From: Spirochaetota bacterium
Lineage (GTDB): Bacteria > Spirochaetota > Spirochaetia > Treponematales > UBA12059
DNA length: 60,865 bases
Direction: 5' to 3'
Assembly: GCA_020048755.1 (NCBI GenBank)
Contig: JAIFMD010000002.1
Span: 1 to 60,865, forward strand
The notes under the pieces are model-generated. The model made no database searches. It was not told the origin of the DNA and saw only the letters and a program-made list of their open reading frames with translations. This document shows, piece after piece, positions 15,994 to 22,754 of the stretch. The position numbers and the translations under genes were made by a program. How positions within the stretch are numbered: position 1 is the first letter of the stretch; every line of letters begins with the position of its first letter.

Positions 15994-17504
15994 CGTGTAG
16001 CAGCCTCGTTTGCAGCTGCAGTAGCCAGAACGACATCATCGAGCGTAGCTTCACCCCGGGCTGCTTCGGCTATTAAGGTTGCCGATACGCGAGGCGCAAG
16101 CGCTTTGTAATATAGAGCTGCCTCGTAGGGGATGGGTTCGGAATGCTGCACCGCAGTCGCAGCTTGCCCGAACGCTGATTCTGACAAGGATTCCAGCATA
16201 ACCTTCGATGCAGCATCACGGGATAGAGAACTATCCAGCAACGACTGCGGCAAGGAAATGCCTGGGTGCGTCATTCCCTTCCGGATTGGAATATCCTTGA
16301 AAACAGCTCGTTGCAATGAAGTTTCGACACATGATTCACCGAGCCTGAAAACGCGGTTGGAATCTATTTCATCAACCCGTATGGTCTCTGCATACGTGGA
16401 AAACGCTCTTGAACGACGCCATCCACCCGAGCTTGATGGATAGCAATCAAAGACCCTGGATGCTCGGGTTGAGAATGCAGGAGCCACCCTGCTTGCAGCT
16501 TCCTGATCAAGAATGTCAAATGCATAGGGCTGTACATGATCCATGAGGCCTCTCGCGGCCAGGTCATATCCGGCCAGAGCAATGGGGCCCTCCGTCAGGT
16601 TCAACGCCAGGGAAAGCGCTGTTCCCGCAGCACTGCCGGCTGCCTTGGCATTTTCAAAGCCAATTCCGGCAGCAGTGATCGCAGCCCTTTCAAATGAAAG
16701 TCCGGTGTAGAGGGGGACAATTCGCAACTGGCGGAGTGTACCGCATGAGACATAGGTACTCGGTGGCATTGCAATCGGTATATTGTTGTAGAAGGCGGCT
16801 TTGAGGTGCGCTCCGTTCCAGAACCCAGGATCAGTCGCTATCACGAGATCAGGTATCAGGCCTGCCCTGAGCAACGATGGTACTGCTGATGCAAGTGCCC
16901 ATAGTGTCATTGAGGACCGATTGACCAGCAATTCCGGCAGGAGGTCAGCAAGCCCTGGTCCCGCACAAGCAACTACAATCAGGCTGTTGCCAGGAGCCAG
17001 CCTCACTGTGTTCCTTATTGAAGTAACGAATCTCAGGCTGTTGAATAACCACCGGGCTGACCAGTAAGCGCTCGTTGCAGCATCGGAACTTGCTTCCTCA
17101 AGAACATCCCGCAATGTTGCCCGTATGCGTACAGTTTCTGTCTGGAACTGATTGACGACTGGAGGCCATTCTATAACAGCAACTCCACCAGCCAGACGGT
17201 TTCCTGCAATAGCCCGCTGTATGGTTTCACGCAGGCTGTAAGAACTGGATGGATACCAGTTCAGTTTTGGAATATCAACTTCGTGACCCAGGAAATCATC
17301 ACAAGGTTGCAATGATATTCGCAAACTGCGGGGATAATGCTCAGCAAGTACGGCGCTCAGATAGTTGCAGCCTCCACCTATGATGAATACGATAGCAGGA
17401 CGTTTTCCTGCGAGTATGGAGTCTACATGTCTCTTTGCTTCTTTCAGTGGTGCATACCGGGAATGGAATGCTACTGTGGAAGAAAAGCCAGCGGGTAGGG
17501 TCAA
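15969..17504 (-). CDS. DUF115 / Maf-like protein (second copy, divergent)
   Basis: VVACAGPGL...ALASAVPSLLRAGLIPDLVIATDPG has the same core pattern. TTG start in a TTGA overlap with the upstream ORF. Confidence 0.65.
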   Translation of the reverse strand: MTLPAGFSSTVAFHSRYAPLKEAKRHVDSILAGKRPAIVFIIGGGCNYLSAVLAEHYPRSLRISLQPCDDFLGHEVDIPKLNWYPSSSYSLRETIQRAIAGNRLAGGVAVIEWPPVVNQFQTETVRIRATLRDVLEEASSDAATSAYWSARWLFNSLRFVTSIRNTVRLAPGNSLIVVACAGPGLADLLPELLVNRSSMTLWALASAVPSLLRAGLIPDLVIATDPGFWNGAHLKAAFYNNIPIAMPPSTYVSCGTLRQLRIVPLYTGLSFERAAITAAGIGFENAKAAGSAAGTALSLALNLTEGPIALAGYDLAARGLMDHVQPYAFDILDQEAASRVAPAFSTRASRVFDCYPSSSGGWRRSRAFSTYAETIRVDEIDSNRVFRLGESCVETSLQRAVFKDIPIRKGMTHPGISLPQSLLDSSLSRDAASKVMLESLSESAFGQAATAVQHSEPIPYEAALYYKALAPRVSATLIAEAARGEATLDDVVLATAAANEAATRWLGCGSC

Positions 17505-18208
17505 CGTTGTGGCCGGGTAACAACACTATCTATGAATGTACTGAGTTCGACTGTAGCCCGTTCATTCGAGAGCCGGGTTGAGAAAAATGGAGCAGAGAGC
17601 AAAGTTTCCGGATCCTTAGCTGATACTGACCGCAATAGCGTCCTGATGACCTGTGTGATTACAAGTTCAGTATCAATAACTGTATGACTGTAAAAAACGC
17701 ATAAGCAGGAATTGTCATTCAGCCCTAACGCATGACCGGAAGATCCAAGTATACCCAGGATAACACTGCGTAATTCATTGCCTATCAATGCGGGAACAGC
17801 ATGTGGGCAAAGCGCGGTAGCGGTATTCGTAAGGACATCGGTATTCAGTATAAAAAATGAACCATATGAAAAATTCCGGGAAGATCCCAGCTGTAGCAGT
17901 TCATGTACAGAATCAACCCTTAATGAATCCTGAGGATACAGTCTGAATCTGCCGTTAGAAAATATTGAAATTGAACCAACTCTATGTAGCTCTTCAGAAA
18001 CCGAAGTTGGCATCGGTGTGGATTCAGGCAAGACCAGCACATGCCCTTCCAGCATCTGAAATACCAGAGATTTTTGATCCTGAAATTGGATATATCCATG
18101 TATAAAGGATTCATGTAAGGTTTTCGTGCTCAGTACGGGTATGATTCCGCTGATTCCGTAAGATGAACATGCTATAAAACTATCACCAAAACGCTCATAA
18201 TATGCCAT
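17501..18208 (-). CDS. Hypothetical protein; its reading frame stays open upstream to the A10 tract (probably the 3' part of a longer gene, 17501..18405)
   Basis: 235-aa ORF. The same frame has no stop from 18319 down to ATG 18208 (see the finding at 17501-18405). Confidence 0.6.
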   Translation of the reverse strand: MAYYERFGDSFIACSSYGISGIIPVLSTKTLHESFIHGYIQFQDQKSLVFQMLEGHVLVLPESTPMPTSVSEELHRVGSISIFSNGRFRLYPQDSLRVDSVHELLQLGSSRNFSYGSFFILNTDVLTNTATALCPHAVPALIGNELRSVILGILGSSGHALGLNDNSCLCVFYSHTVIDTELVITQVIRTLLRSVSAKDPETLLSAPFFSTRLSNERATVELSTFIDSVVTRPQR

Positions 18209-18288
18209 CCAGGGAGCAGGACTGGCACTCAGAATTTCGAATGCCAGCCTGGTTCCAAGGAATATGTCTTCAACAGATTTTAACTCTA

Positions 18289-18405
18289 CTAAAAGTTCAT
18301 CGTATGGACGATTTGATACTTTTTTTTTTGGTTCAAGGCGAGAATCCCTTGATGCTCGTTTGCTATTTCAGCCGAACGTTTTGCAGCTTTTTCCAGCAAA
18401 CCCAT
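18289..18405 (-). CDS. 38-codon ORF coupled (TAATG) to the acidic-protein stop; likely the 5' part of the downstream gene, interrupted at A10
   Basis: ATG 18405-18403 shares its A with TAA 18407-18405. Product: MGLLEKAAKRSAEIANEHQGILALNQKKKYQIVHTMNF*. Confidence 0.35.
   Translation of the reverse strand: MGLLEKAAKRSAEIANEHQGILALNQKKKYQIVHTMNF
18320..18329. repeat. Homopolymer T10 (+ strand) / A10 (coding strand)
   Basis: Read directly: gatac-tttttttttt-ggttc. Confidence 0.95.
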
Positions 18406-20729
18406 TATAGTAGCCCTAAATCGTCAAACAGGCGTTTGTAAGTGTCGTAATATTCACTTGAAGCGAACTCTTCTATTTTTTCTTCTGGCAGTGATGCAAG
18501 CAGTTGGTCAAGATAGAGTAAAACAGATTTTACATCGTGCTTGAGCTTGTCCGGTACCATGGTGTCAGAATCTGCCGGCGTTGGTTCAGAAACAGGTGAT
18601 CTTCCGGTTGTCAAAGGTTCTTCTTCAGCTACTACTTCCAACGGTTGTTCCAGGTAGGCAATTTCTGCTGGTATGGTTTCGAGATACGGTTCTGTTGCTT
18701 CAATCTGATCGATTGAAGCAGAAGTATCGACAAAGCTGTCGGCATCGGGATTGTGTAACGGTGATGCTGAATCAAAACCCTCCGGCAATGATATCGTCGC
18801 CTGGTCTTCCGGACTAGTCTCTATGAGTTCAGAATCTTCCAAGGAGACTGTTTTATCTTCTTCATCGAGGGAAAGTTCTTCCAGCTCTTCAAGTTCTTCC
18901 AGATCTGGTTCTTCAGAAAGCAACTCAAGGCCACCAAGATCTTCAGCTTCAACAAATTCCTCGAGTTCAAGTGCGTCTTCAACCTCATCAAGAGGCTCAG
19001 GAAATGAATCTACCGTAGAAATGACTGGTTCATCATCGGCATCGAAGTCAAGAACAATTTCCGATTCATGCTCTTCATTTGCAGCATCCATAATTGAAAG
19101 TTCGCCCATACCCGTTTCGAAGGTTGAATCAATTATGCTATCCAGATCTGAAGCATCCGGCTCGACAAGTGGCATTTCTTCCAGTGGCATCTCAAACTCA
19201 AGGATCATCTCATCTTCAGCTGATTCAAGGAAACTTGAATCTTCCGAGAGGTTGGTAATTGGCGTCACGCCTTCTTGAGCGGTAATTGCCTCTAACTCAG
19301 CTTCAGTAGGTGTGATTATGGGTAATTCGATAGATTCTATACCAGATTCCTGCGTGTCATAGACACCGTCTTCTGGAAGCAGTTCCATTTCTTCAGGAAT
19401 TTCAAGTACTGGCAGCACATGTTCATCCAAAGACTCGTTGTCGGCTATTTCTTCAGTAAAGTCCGCTGTGTTGAGAATGTTATCGAGTTCATCTCCGGTC
19501 AAAGCTATGGTGTCATCATCTTCTTCATCAAAAAATCCGCCAGGAACTCCATCTTCTGATGATTCCGGCTCTGATTCAGTTTCTGTTGTGGGCACGGCTT
19601 GGGTAGTAGTTTTAAGACTACTCAACTGGCCCCGCAGACTCACAAGTTCGTCTTTGATTGATGATAATTCAAGGACAATCTTCTGGAGAAGATCCGATGA
19701 CGGTTCAGAAGCCTTTGAGCCTAGCTCGTCTGTAACTGCCTGTACATCATCAAAACCTATAGGTTCATCATTCAATGATACATTTTCCAATTCCATGTCT
19801 GGAATTATGCTTGAAGCATCATTGCTATCCATATCTATGAATGAGTCCATTGAAATATTTGATCCTGACATCTCGAAATCATTATTTCCCGCCACCTCTG
19901 AAGTGGGCATGGTGATCTCAGTTGAGTCTGGTTCCTTGCCAATTGCATCAATATCAATGGACTCAAAGTCAGACGTCACATCATTGCTGTCATTGTCAGA
20001 AGCTATGAAGGCGTCAGGACTATCCAGTGAGTCGTCCGATGGAATGGTATCATCGAACTGGAGATCAATATCCAGTGCTTCGAAATCTTCGGATACTGTG
20101 GATTCGTGCACCCTGGTTGTTTCATTGTTTTCTGTAGATAGTTCATCGATACTGAAATCATCCAAAGAGGGTGTTGCGCTAGAATCATCTGCATTCGAGA
20201 GGCCGAAATCTTCAATATCTATGTCAGTGGTATCAAACGAGGATTCTGCTGGCTTCTCCGAATCCAGAACCAGAGTATCAGGTTCCTCGACAGGTTCTTC
20301 GTAATCCAGATCATCCAGTGCTATATCCAGGGCGGTCTCCTCGGAGATATCTTCAATAAAATTATTGGAGAGTGGCTCCTGGACTGGTTCTGCTCCGTCT
20401 GCTTCCAATTCTTCAAGATCAAAGGATTCTATTTCTTCAGGAAAGTCACTTCCAACCTCTGGATCATCGGTTGGCGTGAGAGCCTCGAGTTCCTCGATTC
20501 CGTCGGTCATATTCATATCAAGTTCGAAGGAATCAACGAAATCCTCTTGTTCCGAGGGCAGAACCGCAGTTTCTGATTCATGCTCCCTTGTATTTACGGC
20601 CGATTTTGCCATTGCGGGTTCATCAACGACGTCCTGAGGTTCTGCCTTGACCCACACACCGTACTGTTCAAGTTCCAACTCAGGGGTAGGGATGGGATCT
20701 TGTTTCCCTTGTGGGGCTTTATTCTGCAT
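18405..20729 (-). CDS. Hyper-acidic, low-complexity (D/E/S/L-rich) 774-aa protein with short ordered N- and C-terminal motifs
   Basis: Long uninterrupted ORF. N-terminal ELELEQYGVWVKAEPQD. C-terminal helical KSVLLYLDQLLASLPEEKIEEFASSEYYDTYKRLFDDLGLL. Internal LEELEELEEL-type runs. Confidence 0.75.
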   Translation of the reverse strand: MQNKAPQGKQDPIPTPELELEQYGVWVKAEPQDVVDEPAMAKSAVNTREHESETAVLPSEQEDFVDSFELDMNMTDGIEELEALTPTDDPEVGSDFPEEIESFDLEELEADGAEPVQEPLSNNFIEDISEETALDIALDDLDYEEPVEEPDTLVLDSEKPAESSFDTTDIDIEDFGLSNADDSSATPSLDDFSIDELSTENNETTRVHESTVSEDFEALDIDLQFDDTIPSDDSLDSPDAFIASDNDSNDVTSDFESIDIDAIGKEPDSTEITMPTSEVAGNNDFEMSGSNISMDSFIDMDSNDASSIIPDMELENVSLNDEPIGFDDVQAVTDELGSKASEPSSDLLQKIVLELSSIKDELVSLRGQLSSLKTTTQAVPTTETESEPESSEDGVPGGFFDEEDDDTIALTGDELDNILNTADFTEEIADNESLDEHVLPVLEIPEEMELLPEDGVYDTQESGIESIELPIITPTEAELEAITAQEGVTPITNLSEDSSFLESAEDEMILEFEMPLEEMPLVEPDASDLDSIIDSTFETGMGELSIMDAANEEHESEIVLDFDADDEPVISTVDSFPEPLDEVEDALELEEFVEAEDLGGLELLSEEPDLEELEELEELSLDEEDKTVSLEDSELIETSPEDQATISLPEGFDSASPLHNPDADSFVDTSASIDQIEATEPYLETIPAEIAYLEQPLEVVAEEEPLTTGRSPVSEPTPADSDTMVPDKLKHDVKSVLLYLDQLLASLPEEKIEEFASSEYYDTYKRLFDDLGLL

Positions 20730-20846
20730 GGCGCACGCACTCCGTCAACTGGATTGATCTCATCCTAATATCGGCAACAATAGCCGGAATTCAAGCAAGA
20801 ACCAGCAAGAATCACTCTAATCGCGGTTTTTCCTATTGTCAACCGT

Positions 20847-21383
20847 ATGAGCTTTTTAATCGTTCTTCAGTATTCAAGCATGAAGCGTCTTGTTCCGTTA
20901 ATAGTAATGATGAAACGAATACTGTTTTTGGCATGTTGGACTGGATTGTCATTTTATTGCCTGGCTTCCCTTGTAGCAGGTCCTTCCGGTCTGCTCGTAA
21001 CGATGGAAACTCAAGCTGCATCCGCAATAATGAAGAAAAACCTCATCGGCCTTGAAACACTCAATACGAGGTATGCACAAGAATGGGACCTGCTGAGGAT
21101 AAATCCAGAAACAACAGCGCTTGAAGCACGATCCTTGGGATATTTGGCAGAAAACGAGGTTGCCATCCGGCTTTCCCTTGGTAATGGGCCCATATCGCCA
21201 GCGTCCGCAGGTTTCCGGGTCAACTTTGAACCGGAATCATTGCTGTCGGAAAAAACAATCAAGTACATGGCTGGGTTCCTGACCCTTATCGTGGCAATCC
21301 TTGGAACCGCAGTCCGCTGGAAACTGCTGACTATCAAAGGAACCCGTCAGCGGGAAATCCGGCTCCATGCGGCATCCCGTTGA
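20847..21383 (+). CDS. Membrane protein, septum-formation-initiator (FtsB/DivIC)-like
   Basis: N-terminal TM (ILFLACWTGLSFYCLASLVAG), a helical stretch, then INPETTALEARSLGYLAENEVAI, which resembles the FtsB/DivIC signature. The start is uncertain (20847, 20880 or 20907). The 3' end overlaps the convergent gene by 37 nt. Confidence 0.5.
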   Translation: MSFLIVLQYSSMKRLVPLIVMMKRILFLACWTGLSFYCLASLVAGPSGLLVTMETQAASAIMKKNLIGLETLNTRYAQEWDLLRINPETTALEARSLGYLAENEVAIRLSLGNGPISPASAGFRVNFEPESLLSEKTIKYMAGFLTLIVAILGTAVRWKLLTIKGTRQREIRLHAASR

Positions 21384-22273
21384 TAGTTGTTATCCAGTTT
21401 AAGGGTCGGACCATCGCCACTGATGGAAACAGATTCCTTTATACCTGTAAGGTGTAGCCCGTCAGAACTCAGCAAAAATATCCAGCGCATGGGCCTTGCC
21501 TGGGCCGCAATTTTCTTGGCTACATCGAAGGGGACTGAAGCTGATCTGTACATCGCAGCTTCGTTTGGCTGATCTTGCATGATGATGATTCGATCGTCAC
21601 TGATTGATACACGGATTTTCATGGTTCCGCCTCCACTCAGCACTGCAATTCCGGTGCCATTTGGAATCAATCTGACGTTTTCAAGCCCTTTGTCGCCCTT
21701 CCAGGTGCCAACGAGATTCTTGATTGCCGGAGACTTGAAAACAGTTTTTTCATCTACTGGTATCTGTTCAGCACCAGCAATGGAAGGTTGGACTGCGTCA
21801 GGAACAGGGGTAGCAACAGGCGAACTATCCTGTTTGCCAAACAATGACCTTGTCAGGTTCCGTGCACGCAGGACTATATCGCTGATTGAACTCGCCGTAT
21901 CAGAAACCGATAGTTTTTCTCCGGAAGAGACTTTTGTGTTTTCAAGAGTGAAAATATACAGGTTGTCGATCTTACCGAGCATTCCGCTGATTATGAAATC
22001 TGCAGTCAGGGGAATGGTAGCCGTAGTAGCTGAACCAAGGCTCAGTGCAGATTCAGTCTCTGTCAATGCTAGTTCCTGACCCTTCGCATCGATTACCCTG
22101 AATGACTTTAATTCAACGATGTATGAATTGATGAGACGTTCAAGCATCGATGCTTCACTTACCCCGACTCCATTGCCTGTGAACGGATCAATCCTCAGTA
22201 TGGGCTGTCTCGCCTGTCCAAAAACGGAACCAACCACCAAAACAAGAAATACAGGGAATATTGGTTTTTTCAT
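21347..22273 (-). CDS. Secreted protein with N-terminal LpoB/TolB-N/CsgG-like regulatory-fold pattern
   Basis: Signal peptide MKKPIFPVFLVLVVGSVFGQA. AAGGAGG SD. The pattern DPFTGNGV..SEASMLERLINSYIVELKSFRVIDA...ADFIISGMLGKIDNLYIFTLEN is typical of that fold family. Confidence 0.6.
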   Translation of the reverse strand: MKKPIFPVFLVLVVGSVFGQARQPILRIDPFTGNGVGVSEASMLERLINSYIVELKSFRVIDAKGQELALTETESALSLGSATTATIPLTADFIISGMLGKIDNLYIFTLENTKVSSGEKLSVSDTASSISDIVLRARNLTRSLFGKQDSSPVATPVPDAVQPSIAGAEQIPVDEKTVFKSPAIKNLVGTWKGDKGLENVRLIPNGTGIAVLSGGGTMKIRVSISDDRIIIMQDQPNEAAMYRSASVPFDVAKKIAAQARPMRWIFLLSSDGLHLTGIKESVSISGDGPTLKLDNNYQRDAAWSRISR

Positions 22274-22303
22274 CGTTGCCTCCTTGATTTCAACCAGTCC
22301 GGA

Positions 22304-22705
22304 TCATGAAGGCTGAGTTTTCTTTCCTGACATTCTGAAGAAAAAGCCAGCAATTGCATTCCATAGCCGTCTGAAAAACCCGGGGTGTTTAATTTTCTCC
22401 AGCCTTTTCAGAGCTGACTCAAGTTCTTCACGTTTCAGAGGGCAGCGCTGAAGGTTTTCTTCCAGTTCAAGTTCAAGCCTGGCAACCGGCGTATCATGGG
22501 TAAGTACGGTAGCCTCTATGGTAGTCCAGCCCAGGATTGTTGCTGCCGCAAGCCGTCTTTGTCCTGCAACCAGAATCCTTTGATTGGTGATTGAAATTGG
22601 ATGGAGTAGTCCAAACCGATTCATGCTGTCTGCAAGCTGATCGATATCCTGCAGGCCTGTCCTGACCCTTCTGCGTACGCGGATCGAACCAATTTCGACT
22701 TGCAC
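22304..22705 (-). CDS. Truncated ParB/Srx-type N-terminal-domain protein with hydrophobic/amphipathic C-terminal tail
   Basis: IGSIRV...LADSMNRFGLLHPISI...VAGQRRLAAA...LELEENLQRCPL follows the ParB N-domain boxes, including GxRR. There is no HTH domain. The tail is FFRRLWNAIAGFFFRM. Start set to GTG 22705 (GGAGG 5 nt upstream); the track's TTG 22762 is the alternative. Confidence 0.65.
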   Translation of the reverse strand: MQVEIGSIRVRRRVRTGLQDIDQLADSMNRFGLLHPISITNQRILVAGQRRLAAATILGWTTIEATVLTHDTPVARLELELEENLQRCPLKREELESALKRLEKIKHPGFFRRLWNAIAGFFFRMSGKKTQPS

Positions 22706-22754
22706 GCATTCCTCCAAAGGTTTTCTGAAACTAATGGTAGCTCGGATTCCACAC

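Noticed and set aside
18751-20304. Serine-rich plus-strand ORFs (18751-19278 at 175 aa; 19438-20304 at 288 aa; also 20365-20637)
   Set aside because: They are antisense shadows of the D/E-rich minus-strand gene, because GAA/GAT/GAG codons read as TTC/ATC/CTC-derived Ser/Ile-rich frames. They have no SD and no independent features. The minus-strand ORF is a single 774-codon frame with coupled neighbours.
21347-21383. 37-nt convergent overlap of the FtsB-like and LpoB-like gene ends, considered as a possible hidden element or frameshift
   Set aside because: No repeat or hairpin is visible there. Both C-termini are plausible as read. I treat it as a simple 3' overlap, although one of the two ends could be mis-called.
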